Assembly (NCBI GenBank): GCA_035341435.1 | Contig: DAOQVG010000001.1 | Coordinates: 1 to 28,372, forward strand | DNA length: 28,372 bases | Reading direction: 5' to 3' | From: Smithellaceae bacterium | GTDB lineage: Bacteria > Desulfobacterota > Syntrophia > Syntrophales > Smithellaceae | In this document: positions 9,860 through 18,994 of the stretch, piece by piece | Position numbering within the stretch: position 1 is the first letter of the stretch | How the letters are laid out: every line of letters starts with the position of its first letter | Program-made: the position numbers and the translations under genes | The notes under the pieces: model-generated | Told to the model about the DNA's origin: nothing | Seen by the model: the letters and a program-made list of their open reading frames with translations, nothing else | The model's database searches: none

Positions 9860-9956
9860 TTTCTAATCTCCCGACGGCGACAAACTGTCTGCAGTATATT
9901 CATTTTTGAGTCAATTAGCAAATAAGACCTGCTGATTTTTTGCAGGGAGAAACCTC

Positions 9957-10361
9957 TCATTCCCACCCGATCGGCTCATATCCTTTTTCCTTCAGGCACT
10001 TGTCGACAAAGGATTTATAAACGGGGCTGGGTTGGGAAGACCGGTAAATGCCGTGCACCAGTCCACTTGCAGCGCCGGCCGCAGCACCGACTCCCAGGCC
10101 TCTGCCCAGATTGCCTGTTACTGCGCCGACAGCACCGCCAACAACAGCGCCGCCGGCGCCGCCGGCGATGGTGCCGCCCGCCACTTTTGCTCCCGGATTG
10201 GCCTTGACATAGGCTTCCGCCAGCTGCGAGCACTCTGCGATATCACTTTGTGCCCTGGCTTCCCCCACGTTTTTTAAGTGTTCATTCGGATAGAGGACAG
10301 GACTTTGTCCGGCGCATCCGGCAAGAACAAACATTGCCGCAAAAATCATTATTCTTTTCAT
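9957..10361 (-). CDS. Glycine-zipper lipoprotein
   Basis: MKRIMIFAAMFVLAGC lipobox; GGTIAGGAGGAVVGGAVGAVTG...GAAAGAASG glycine zipper; SD AGGAG. Confidence 0.82.
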   Translation of the reverse strand: MKRIMIFAAMFVLAGCAGQSPVLYPNEHLKNVGEARAQSDIAECSQLAEAYVKANPGAKVAGGTIAGGAGGAVVGGAVGAVTGNLGRGLGVGAAAGAASGLVHGIYRSSQPSPVYKSFVDKCLKEKGYEPIGWE

Positions 10362-10543
10362 GACATTCTCCTGTCTGTTTTCATAAATACAAAACAAAAG
10401 CTCATTTGTGTCAAGCTAAAAGAAGTTGGGCGATAGTTCGCCGGGAGGCGCCTTTAATACTGAGCCGATAATGCTTATTTTTGACTTTACAAAAGCAGTC
10501 TATCCTGATTAAACTCTGGGATAAAAATAAAATTGGAGTTCCT

Positions 10544-11502
10544 ATGGGCAACGCGAAATTACCGGAATATGATTACGATATAATTATTATTGGAGGCGGA
10601 CCGGCGGGATTTACCGCGGGGCTTTACGCCGCCCGGGCCGGACTTCAAGCACTGCTGCTGGAAGGTGCGGCCACCGTAAGTCAAATTACCGTAACCGACA
10701 TGATCGAAAACTATCCGGGCATACCCGACGGTATAAATGGGTTTGATCTGATGCTGCTTTTTAAAAATCAGGCGCTGAAATTCGGTCTGGAAGTAGTCTC
10801 CAGAGATGTCCTTCCATATCGCGAGACCCGACGGTAAATTTATGGATCATTGAAACCGGGGAAAAGAAATTAAGCGCGCTCAGCGTAATCGCGGCAACGG
10901 GAGCACAGTGGCGAAAGCTGGGGGTTCCCGGCGAAACGGAATTTGCCGGAAAAGGCGTTTCTTATTGCGCCACCTGCGACGGGCCTTTCTATCGCAATCA
11001 GAATGTTGTTGTGGTCGGCGGCGGTGATTCGGCGATTCAGGAAGCTCTGTTTCTGACTCATTTTGCCCAAAAAGTAAGTGTAATCCATCGCCGCGACCGG
11101 TTGCGGGCGGCGGCAATTTTGCAAAAAAGAGCATTTGCGGAAAAGAAAATAGAATTCGTCTGGAATTCCACGCTTTCGGAAGTTACAGGCAACGATCTCG
11201 TCACCGGAGTTAAAATTAAAGATGCAGTATCCGGCGAACTGAAAGCAATTAATGCGGAAGGAGTCTTCATTTTTGCCGGCCGGATTCCTCATACCGATAT
11301 TTTCCGCAGCAGCATAGAGCTGGATGAGGCCGGCTATATTATCACCGATGATGACATGAAAACTTCCGCCGCCGGGTTTTTTGCCGCCGGTGATTGCCGG
11401 GCCAAACTTTTCCGGCAGGTAGTGACCGCCGCCGGTGATGGAGCGACTGCAGCTTTCAGTGCGGAACTGTACATAGGAAACCTGAAGGGCGAAGCGTACT
11501 GA
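10544..11502 (+). pseudogene. trxB: Thioredoxin reductase with a single -1 frameshift near 10813 (pseudogene or sequencing error)
   Basis: GGGPAG FAD motif in the first frame; ATGAQW, SYCATCDG, VGGGDSA, GFFAAGD in the second frame; adding one T at CTT(T)CC restores about 319 aa. Confidence 0.85.
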
Positions 11503-11549
11503 CGCCAGGCTGCATTTCCTGCCTGGCTTTGTTGAAAGAAGCTAAATTT

Positions 11550-12401
11550 ATGGAAGTTTTTATTAATATGTGGCAAAATTTACCCGCTCAAATCAGCCCC
11601 GTTCTTTTTAGTATCGGTCCGTTTCAGCTGCGCTATTACAGCCTCATGTACATTATCGCTTTTGCTCTCGTCTACCTGATGGTGAGCTACCGGATCAAAC
11701 ACGAAAACTATGAATACAGCACTGAAACAATTCAGGATTATATGGTCTGGGCGATGCTGGGCGTTATCTTCGGCGGAAGACTCGGCTATGTCCTGTTTTA
11801 TAACTTCGGCTATTATCTGCAGCATCCGCTCGAAATTATTTTACCATTCGATTTTTCCAATGGAATAAAATTTATCGGGCTCAGCGGTATGTCCTATCAC
11901 GGCGGTCTGATCGGCGTCGCCGTCGTCTCGCTTTACTTTTGCCTCAAAAATAAAATCAATTTCTGGCGCTTTGCCGATCTTTTTATGCCGGCCGTGCCCC
12001 TGGGGTATACTTTTGGCCGGATCGGCAACTTTATTAACGGCGAGTTATTCGGCAGGGCGACCACAATGCCGTGGGGTATGTATTTCCCGCTTGATCCGAC
12101 GCAGCAATTACGCCATCCCTCTCAACTCTATGAAGCTTTTTTCGAAGGAATAGTCTTATTCGCGATTCTCTGGCTGCTCAGAAAAAAGAAACGTTTTGAC
12201 GGCTATCTGCTGGGAATTTACCTCTGCGGCTATGGTTTTGTCCGTTTTATCATTGAGTTTTTCCGCGAACCGGATTACCAGCTTGGTTTTGTTCTGGGCT
12301 TTTTGAGCATGGGGCAGGTCTTATGTCTGTTGATGATTTTATGCGGCGCTGTTATCTTGCTCGGGCGTAAAAAAATACCGGTACAAAAACAACTGCTGTA
12401 A
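11550..12401 (+). CDS. lgt: Prolipoprotein diacylglyceryl transferase
   Basis: LRYYSLMY, GGRLGYVLFY, GMSYHGG, GRIGNFINGE, HPSQLYE, RFIIEFFR; start may be TTG 11529. Confidence 0.95.
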   Translation: MEVFINMWQNLPAQISPVLFSIGPFQLRYYSLMYIIAFALVYLMVSYRIKHENYEYSTETIQDYMVWAMLGVIFGGRLGYVLFYNFGYYLQHPLEIILPFDFSNGIKFIGLSGMSYHGGLIGVAVVSLYFCLKNKINFWRFADLFMPAVPLGYTFGRIGNFINGELFGRATTMPWGMYFPLDPTQQLRHPSQLYEAFFEGIVLFAILWLLRKKKRFDGYLLGIYLCGYGFVRFIIEFFREPDYQLGFVLGFLSMGQVLCLLMILCGAVILLGRKKIPVQKQLL

Positions 12402-12485
12402 GGCTTTTGAAAAAAGGTAGATTTTCAGGTCTCACTGTGTAAGGAAAATTAAAAAAGGCTTGATAAAAATGTTACGGAGGTGGTT

Positions 12486-13817
12486 ATGAGCAGGAATTTA
12501 GTCATCATCGGTGGCGGCGCAGGCGGGGCTTCTACTGCAGCTGAAGCCAGGCGTAATGATCCTTCACTGAATGTAAAGATTCTGGAGGGCGGGAAGTATG
12601 TTTCGTTTGCGGCCTGCCCGATGCCCTACTACATAGCCGACGAAGTGAAAAAGAAAGAAAAACTGATCGTCCGGACGCCGGAAAAATTCCGCGAGCAGGG
12701 AATAGACGTCAGTCTGGAAACGGAAGTTTTAAGTATAGATTATAACAACAAGATAGTCGAAGTCAGGGACAACGGTAAAGTTCCCTTTGATATTTTAGTT
12801 TTGGCCACAGGAACCAAAGCTATTATTCCCGGCATTCCCGTAGAGGTGAATGATGGAGTTTTTACTTTAAAAAAACTGGATGATGCTTTCAAAATCAAAA
12901 CATACATCCAGGAAAAGAAATGCCGTAAGGCGATTATCATCGGCGCCGGTTTTATTGCCATGGAAATGTGTGAATCCCTGCAGAGGATCGGCATCCAGAC
13001 GACCATTTTTCACCGCGGTACTCTGCCGGCCAACCGTTGGGATCCGGAATTATCGCAGTTTATGCTTGATGAAATAAAAGCCAACGGCGTGGAATTTGTT
13101 CCCGAAATAGAAACGAAAGCCATCGAAAAGGGAAGCGATTACGCCCTTTGCGCGGTCACCGATAAGGGCAACTGGGAGGCGGACCTGATTTTATTCGCCA
13201 TTGGTGTGCAGCCGAATGTCGAACTGGCCAAAACGATGGGTGTGGCTCTCGGGCAGACCGGAGCCATTGCTGTCAACTCCCGACAGCAGACGTCGCTGGA
13301 GAATGTATACTCTGTGGGCGATTGCTGCGAATCCTATAACCGCATCAGCCGGCGGCATGTTAATGTTCCGCTGGGTGATATCGCCAATAAACAGGGGCGG
13401 GTCGCCGGGCGCAACATAAGCGGGAACCCGCTGACTTTTCCGGGCATAGTCGGCGCCCAGTCCTTCCGGCTCTTTAATCTGGAAGCGGGGGCAACCGGCA
13501 TTGATGAAAAGGAAGCAGTCAAAAGCAACTACGATCCCGTTGGAATTGTAACCTGGGCAAATGCCATTGCGGGACCAATGGGCTACAAAAAGATTGGTTT
13601 GAAGCTTATCGCCGACAAGTCTTCCGGGAAAATTCTGGGAGCGCAAACAGTCGGATATGCGGGTGCAGTGGGGCGGATCAACACTTTATCCGTCGCTCTC
13701 TGGTCGGAAATGAATATAGACGAAATCAGCTACCTGGATTTTGCCTATGCGCCCCCCTACAGCGGGCCCTGGGATATAATTCATATTGCGGCGCAGGCTC
13801 TGCGCCGGAAAATTTAA
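12486..13817 (+). CDS. CoA-disulfide reductase / NADH oxidase family flavoprotein
   Basis: GGGAGG FAD motif, single redox Cys SFAACPMPY, GAGFIAMEM, GDC, DFAYAPPYS; SD GGAGG 5 nt before ATG 12486. Confidence 0.85.
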   Translation: MSRNLVIIGGGAGGASTAAEARRNDPSLNVKILEGGKYVSFAACPMPYYIADEVKKKEKLIVRTPEKFREQGIDVSLETEVLSIDYNNKIVEVRDNGKVPFDILVLATGTKAIIPGIPVEVNDGVFTLKKLDDAFKIKTYIQEKKCRKAIIIGAGFIAMEMCESLQRIGIQTTIFHRGTLPANRWDPELSQFMLDEIKANGVEFVPEIETKAIEKGSDYALCAVTDKGNWEADLILFAIGVQPNVELAKTMGVALGQTGAIAVNSRQQTSLENVYSVGDCCESYNRISRRHVNVPLGDIANKQGRVAGRNISGNPLTFPGIVGAQSFRLFNLEAGATGIDEKEAVKSNYDPVGIVTWANAIAGPMGYKKIGLKLIADKSSGKILGAQTVGYAGAVGRINTLSVALWSEMNIDEISYLDFAYAPPYSGPWDIIHIAAQALRRKI

Positions 13818-13836
13818 CACTTGAGGTAAACTGGTA

Positions 13837-14787
13837 ATGACTTGGTGGTGGATATTTTTTGGGGTTTTTATACTGTCGATGCTGGCGCTGGATCTGGGCG
13901 TCTTTAACCGGCGGACGCATGTTGTCAAAATCAAAGAATCCCTGTTATGGACGGCTTTCTGGATAACTTTGGCCCTGCTGTTCTGCACCGGTGTGCACTT
14001 TTTTTACGGCCATCAGAAATCAATGGAATTCCTGGCCGGTTATTTAATCGAATACTCGCTGAGCATCGACAACCTTTTCGTTTTTCTGCTGCTCTTCCGT
14101 TACTTCCAGGTGCCGCACGAATATGAGCATAAAGCCCTGTTCTGGGGAATACTTCTGGCGCTGATCACCCGCGGCGCGTTTATTTTTGCCGGGGTGGCGC
14201 TGATCAATACGTTCCACTGGATAATTTATATCTTTGGAATTTTTCTGATTTTCACCGGCGTAAAAATGGCTTTAAACGAAGAAACCGAGGTTCATCCGGA
14301 CAAAAATGTAGCCCTCAAACTGCTGCACTCTTTCGTTCCGACGAAGAAAGAATTTACCGGAGCGAAGTTCTTTATCGTTGAACAGGGCAAACGCTTTGCA
14401 ACACCCATGCTGGCCGTGATGCTGTCGCTGGAGACAACCGACATCATCTTCGCCATTGATTCGATTCCCGCTGTGCTGGCTATCAGCACCGATCCTTTTA
14501 TCGTCTACACATCCAATGTCTTCGCCATCCTGGGGCTGCGTTCACTGTTCTTTGCTATTTCCGGCCTGATGAAAATGTTCCATCACCTGCATTACGGTCT
14601 GGCCGCAATATTGAGCTTTGTCGGCGTGAAAATGCTGATAGCCGATCTGGTCAAGATTCCCACGGGTATTTCTCTCGGTGCCATCGCCGTGATCCTGTCG
14701 CTTTCAGTCATTACTTCGTTTATCTGGCCCGCTGCCGTCAGGGAAGTGGAAGCCGTCGTCGATGTAAATAATGAAGTCGCCGAATAA
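13837..14787 (+). CDS. TerC/Alx family membrane protein
   Basis: GYLIEYSLSIDNLFVF, ETTDIIFAIDSIPA, SNVFAILGLRSLFF. Confidence 0.92.
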   Translation: MTWWWIFFGVFILSMLALDLGVFNRRTHVVKIKESLLWTAFWITLALLFCTGVHFFYGHQKSMEFLAGYLIEYSLSIDNLFVFLLLFRYFQVPHEYEHKALFWGILLALITRGAFIFAGVALINTFHWIIYIFGIFLIFTGVKMALNEETEVHPDKNVALKLLHSFVPTKKEFTGAKFFIVEQGKRFATPMLAVMLSLETTDIIFAIDSIPAVLAISTDPFIVYTSNVFAILGLRSLFFAISGLMKMFHHLHYGLAAILSFVGVKMLIADLVKIPTGISLGAIAVILSLSVITSFIWPAAVREVEAVVDVNNEVAE

Positions 14788-15568
14788 AATGGAAAATAAT
14801 TTATCTGTACCATCGCAGGCCCAGATAAAGAAGTGGACTCGTCTTGCCGACGGCAAGTTTCGCCGGGAAGAGGGATTGTTTACCGCCGAAGGCGTCAAGG
14901 TCGTAGCTGAACTTTTATCCAGCCGCCGGCAAACCAAAGCAATCCTGCTGCTGCCGGAAAAGCGTAGATACTGGGAAAAGATCATCGCCAAAGCTCCGGC
15001 GGAAATTCCCCGCTACGCATTAACCCGCGCACAATGGCAAAAAATCAGCCAGGATAAGGAACCGGAGGGGATAATGGCGCTGGTGGCCATGCCCGAGGAG
15101 CCTTTTGAAGTTGACTATTCCACTTTGGCTTCCGGCAATACTTTAATCCTGCACGAAATCAGCAATCCCGGCAACCTTGGTGCGCTGCTGCGCAGCGCCT
15201 TATGGTTTGATTTTGCAAACATCATTTTGAGTGCCGGTTCCGTGGAATATACGCATCCCAAGGTGGTGCGCACCTCCATGGGGAGTCTGTTCCACTTGAA
15301 TATCCTTGCCGATGTTTCCCTGAAAAAAGCATTGCCGGAAATAAGAAAATCCTGTTATCTGATCGGCAGTGATGTACGCCGGGGCTTCGCTCCTCACGCA
15401 CTGCCCAAAAATGTTGCGCTGCTGCTTGGCAGTGAAAGCCACGGACTGCCGGATGATTTACTGGGCATGGTTGATGAACTGTGGTGTATTCCGGGCAGCG
15501 GTAAAGCCGATTCCCTGAGCCTGCCGCAGGCCGCCGCGGTGCTGATGTATGAATGCGTCAAGAAATGA
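14771..15568 (+). CDS. TrmH/SpoU family RNA methyltransferase
   Basis: EGVKVV, PEGIMA, SNPGNLGALLR, VVRTSMGS, LLGSESHGL, SLSLPQA SPOUT motifs. Confidence 0.9.
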   Translation: MKSPNKMENNLSVPSQAQIKKWTRLADGKFRREEGLFTAEGVKVVAELLSSRRQTKAILLLPEKRRYWEKIIAKAPAEIPRYALTRAQWQKISQDKEPEGIMALVAMPEEPFEVDYSTLASGNTLILHEISNPGNLGALLRSALWFDFANIILSAGSVEYTHPKVVRTSMGSLFHLNILADVSLKKALPEIRKSCYLIGSDVRRGFAPHALPKNVALLLGSESHGLPDDLLGMVDELWCIPGSGKADSLSLPQAAAVLMYECVKK

Positions 15569-15602
15569 AAACGGTCATAAAAAAAGTATATAGAGGAATC
15601 TT

Positions 15603-15938
15603 ATGAGTTCCTGCATTTCGGTAACAACGACCACCGCAACGAAAGAAGAAGCGCAGAAAATAGCCCGTCACTTAGTGGAGCAAAGGGTGGCGGCTTGTGT
15701 GCAGATAGCGGGCCCGATTATCAGCACCTATCGTTGGCAGGGTAAAGTAGAAACCGCCACGGAATGGCTTTGCCTCATCAAAACACAAGAAAGCCTTTAT
15801 CCGGAATTGGAAAAGGCCATTATCAGTTTACATTCTTACGAAACACCGGAAATTATTGCTGTTCCGATTATTAAAGGCAGCAGGGAATATTTAAGCTGGC
15901 TCAAACGTGAGACGGCAATATTAAATTTGACGGATTAA
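15603..15938 (+). CDS. cutA: Divalent-cation tolerance protein CutA
   Basis: LVEQRVAACVQI, YRWQGKVE, HSYETPEIIAVPI. Confidence 0.95.
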   Translation: MSSCISVTTTTATKEEAQKIARHLVEQRVAACVQIAGPIISTYRWQGKVETATEWLCLIKTQESLYPELEKAIISLHSYETPEIIAVPIIKGSREYLSWLKRETAILNLTD

Positions 15939-16013
15939 GTACAATAAGCTAGGCTTTATTCCATTTCTAAATCAATGATGATATCGCGGCGGCTAGGAGG
16001 AGGCGACGAGGCG

Positions 16014-16074
16014 TGGTTCGACAAGCTCACCATCACTGCCCCAATTATAAGCCTGTCCTGAGCCTGCCGAAGGA
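16014..16074. repeat. REP-like inverted repeat pair (TTCGACAAGCTCA / TGAGCCTGCCGAA)
   Basis: Arms 16017-16029 and 16059-16071 are 11/13 complementary; resembles the widespread repeat that translates as LRQAQD / VSLSNH. Confidence 0.65.
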
Positions 16075-16128
16075 CCAACAAAGATAGCACTTGATTTAGA
16101 ATTGGAATTAAAAAAAGGAGATTGATCA

Positions 16129-16314
16129 ATGTTCGAAGGACTTTTCCAACCAATGCATTTATTAGTTATTCTGGCCATTGTGCTCATTATTTTTGGCCCG
16201 GGTAAACTGCCGGATATGGGCAGCGCGATAGGTAAAGCAATCCGGGGTTTTAAGGAATCTATGAATGAGGAGGAGAAAAAATCCGCAGAGGAAGTGAAGA
16301 AAATCGGCAACTAA
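16129..16314 (+). CDS. tatA: Twin-arginine translocase subunit TatA/E
   Basis: HLLVILAIVLIIFGPGKLPDMGSAIGKAIRGFK; SD AAGGAG. Confidence 0.93.
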   Translation: MFEGLFQPMHLLVILAIVLIIFGPGKLPDMGSAIGKAIRGFKESMNEEEKKSAEEVKKIGN

Positions 16315-16332
16315 GGGCTGAAAAGAGAATTC

Positions 16333-17034
16333 ATGAACACGTCAAGCAATAGACTATTAGCCCTTAAAGCCGTTGTACTTGTTGCACTTCTCAGCCTGTC
16401 CACATACTTGTTTCTTCATTATGATCTATACCTTTTCTTTACGAGCAAAAGAAAAATAATTGAATTCATCAGGGTATCCCCTTTTGATGAGATTGTTTTC
16501 ATTTTCCTCCAGGTAGTTCAGGTTGTTGCCGCTCCCGTTCCCGGTGAGTTGACCGGATTCATCGGCGGCTATCTCTACGGACCCGTTCTGGGAACCATCT
16601 ATTCGACCATCGGTCTGACTCTGGGTTCCTGGCTGGCTTTTGTCCTCGCTCATTTTTTCGGTATGCCCCTGCTGGAAAAAATTGTAAAACCGACCGTCAT
16701 CGAAAAATTTGATCATTTCATGGAGCATCAGGGCATACTCGTATCTTTTTTTCTTTTTTTAATTCCCGGATTTCCCAAGGATTATCTCTGCTACATCATG
16801 GGCGTGAGCCGGATGCCGGCAGGAACTTTTCTGATTATCTCCGCCGCCGGACGCCTGTTGGGCACCATAATGCTCACACTGACGGGAAATTCCGCTCGCA
16901 ATGGTCAATATGTACTTCTGGGCTGTTTTGTCGTCGTCGGAATACTTATCTTCATTGCCGCTTATTATTATCAGGACAAGCTGCTGGAGCTTCTGAAAAA
17001 AAATTCGAAAAAAACGGACAGGAATCAGGGCTGA
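16333..17034 (+). CDS. TVP38/TMEM64 (DedA/VTT domain) membrane protein
   Basis: QVVAAPVPGE, GGYLYG, FLIPGFPKDYLCYIMG, GRLLG. Confidence 0.88.
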   Translation: MNTSSNRLLALKAVVLVALLSLSTYLFLHYDLYLFFTSKRKIIEFIRVSPFDEIVFIFLQVVQVVAAPVPGELTGFIGGYLYGPVLGTIYSTIGLTLGSWLAFVLAHFFGMPLLEKIVKPTVIEKFDHFMEHQGILVSFFLFLIPGFPKDYLCYIMGVSRMPAGTFLIISAAGRLLGTIMLTLTGNSARNGQYVLLGCFVVVGILIFIAAYYYQDKLLELLKKNSKKTDRNQG

Positions 17035-17387
17035 TTCTTATGCTGTTTGATTTCATCGGCCAAGTCGTACCATCTCTGTACGCCGTTTTCGAGCCGGTAA
17101 TAGTGGATGATGTAGGCAACCGCCAAAATCATCAAAAGCGTGCAAAGGGCAATTCCCGGCAAGGCCGGTCTTAAAACGGCAAACCCCAGGGAAAGCAAAG
17201 TAAAAAGACAAACAAAGAGCATGACAATGAGATGGACAATTCTCTCATGCTGCATCCATCGAATCTGTTTGTCATGATATTCGCTAAGTTCCTGCAATGC
17301 TTCCTGTTGAAGATTTTTTGCCAACATCTCCTGCACATAACGCTCATGCTGCTTCATGTGATCGACCATATGGTTCCTTAATCGCAT
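17025..17387 (-). CDS. Hypothetical two-TM membrane protein
   Basis: WMQHERIVHLIV followed by two hydrophobic helices and HYYRLENGVQRWY; start uncertain (17387, 17369 or 17357). Confidence 0.7.
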   Translation of the reverse strand: MRLRNHMVDHMKQHERYVQEMLAKNLQQEALQELSEYHDKQIRWMQHERIVHLIVMLFVCLFTLLSLGFAVLRPALPGIALCTLLMILAVAYIIHYYRLENGVQRWYDLADEIKQHKNQP

Positions 17388-17478
17388 TAATTATGACATT
17401 TCTATATAGAAATCGTTAAATGTCATCAGGTTGTTGCCCAAATTTCTTTGGAACGGCCATTGGAAATGTTTTTGTCAT

Positions 17479-17565
17479 GAATTCCGGCTAAACGAAAGAT
17501 GGGTGACTTCAACTGTCTGAGTCGAAGACGGGTTTTGAAGTCACCTTTCGGAAGCCTTAGAATTC
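17479..17565. repeat. 87-bp imperfect palindrome / long stem-loop
   Basis: Nested arms GAATTC/GAATTC, GGCT/AGCC, CGAAAG/CTTTCG, GGTGACTTCAA/TTGAAGTCACC, CTGTCT/AGACGG. Confidence 0.7.
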
Positions 17566-17616
17566 ACCAAAAACGTTTCCGGCAAGAGACAAAGAGATTT
17601 GGGCAACAGGCCGTTA

Positions 17617-18981
17617 TCACCCAGCCCCTTCATACTTTTCCAGCTTGGAGCGCAGGGTTTTGCGGGTGATTCCCAGGCGGCGGGCGGCTTCGCTTTTATT
17701 GCCGCCGGTGGCGTTCAGGGCTTCCAGAATGGTCCTTCTCTCCATTTCTTCCAGCGGTATGTTTTCCGGCAGACTCCTCTGGGTGATTTTTTCATCAACC
17801 GCATCATCCGCCATCAGCAGCGATAGTTCGTCGGCATCCAGGTATTCCGTGCGGGAAAGGACGACTGCCCTTTCCACGGCATTCATCAATTCCCGGACGT
17901 TGCCGGGCCAGGTATACCTTAAAAGCTTTTCCATTGCCTGCGGTGTAAAGCCTTTGATGTTTTTGGAATTCCTTTCGGCAAAGAGTCCCAGGAAATGCTG
18001 CGCCAGCAAGGGAATATCTTCTTTTCTTTCCCGCAGCGGCGGCATCTGCAGAACCACCACACTAAGACGATAAAACAAATCTTCGCGGAAGGTGCCTTTT
18101 TCCATCTCCTTTTTCAAGTCCTTATTGGAAGCGGCAATCACGCGGACATTGATTTTCAGAACTTCCGAACCGCCGACACGGGTAATTTCCCGTTCCTGCA
18201 AAACCCGCAGCAGCTTCACCTGCATCGACGGCGACATTTCGCTGACTTCATCCAGGAAAATACTGCCCCCGTCGGCCTGGCGGAACTTTCCTTCCCGCCT
18301 CCGGTCCGCGCCCGTGAAGGCTCCTTTTTCGTGGCCGAACAGTTCCGATTCCAGAAGCGTCTCGGTAAGCGCCGCGCAGTTAATTTTTATAAACGGCGCT
18401 CCGGCGCGGGAGCTGTTGTAATGAACGGCGTTGGCGATCATTTCCTTGCCTGTTCCCGATTCGCCGGTAATCAGGATAGTTGCTTCCGTAGGAGCCACCT
18501 GAGACACGGTATCCAAAAGCTTAACCATGGCCGGGCTCTGACCGATAACGCTTCGCCGGTCAAACCCTTCGCCCAGTCTTTCCTTTAAATATTCATTTTC
18601 TTTCTTGAGGCGGGTATGCTCGGTGGCGCGGGCAATGGCGATTTTTAATTCGTCAAAATCGAGCGGTTTGGTGAGATAATCGTAGGCCCCTTTCTTCAAG
18701 GCTTGAACCGCCGTCTCGACGGAGGCATAGGCGGTCATGATGATCACCGGTATCGCCGGATTGATGACTTTGATTTGATCGAGGGCTTCAATCCCGGAAA
18801 CATTGAGCATGCGAATGTCCATTAATATCAGGTCAAAGGCGCGTTTTTGAACTTCATCAACGGCAACCGAACCGTCATCCGCCTCCGAGATATCATAGCC
18901 CCAGCTGCCGATCAGTTTTTTGAGCATGATCCGGTGCGCCAAATCGTCATCTACAACCAGTATTGATTGTTTTATTTTCAT
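17617..18981 (-). CDS. zraR: sigma54-dependent response regulator (ZraR/HydG-like)
   Basis: Receiver, GESGTGK, GAFTGA, HTH ARRLGITRKTL; downstream of a kinase and divergent from a zraP/Spy-like gene. Confidence 0.85.
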   Translation of the reverse strand: MKIKQSILVVDDDLAHRIMLKKLIGSWGYDISEADDGSVAVDEVQKRAFDLILMDIRMLNVSGIEALDQIKVINPAIPVIIMTAYASVETAVQALKKGAYDYLTKPLDFDELKIAIARATEHTRLKKENEYLKERLGEGFDRRSVIGQSPAMVKLLDTVSQVAPTEATILITGESGTGKEMIANAVHYNSSRAGAPFIKINCAALTETLLESELFGHEKGAFTGADRRREGKFRQADGGSIFLDEVSEMSPSMQVKLLRVLQEREITRVGGSEVLKINVRVIAASNKDLKKEMEKGTFREDLFYRLSVVVLQMPPLRERKEDIPLLAQHFLGLFAERNSKNIKGFTPQAMEKLLRYTWPGNVRELMNAVERAVVLSRTEYLDADELSLLMADDAVDEKITQRSLPENIPLEEMERRTILEALNATGGNKSEAARRLGITRKTLRSKLEKYEGAG

Positions 18982-18994
18982 CACTTTATCCTCT

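Noticed and set aside
10808-10837. Programmed ribosomal frameshift in trxB
   Set aside because: No slippery heptamer or obvious stimulator; a one-base deletion is more parsimonious.
13818-13836. yybP-ykoY (Mn) riboswitch expected upstream of TerC/Alx genes
   Set aside because: Only 19 nt of intergenic space; no room for the aptamer.
15956-16310. Minus-strand ORFs of 65 and 105 aa
   Set aside because: They are translations of the REP-like repeat (LRQAQD/VSLSNH) and the antisense shadow of tatA.
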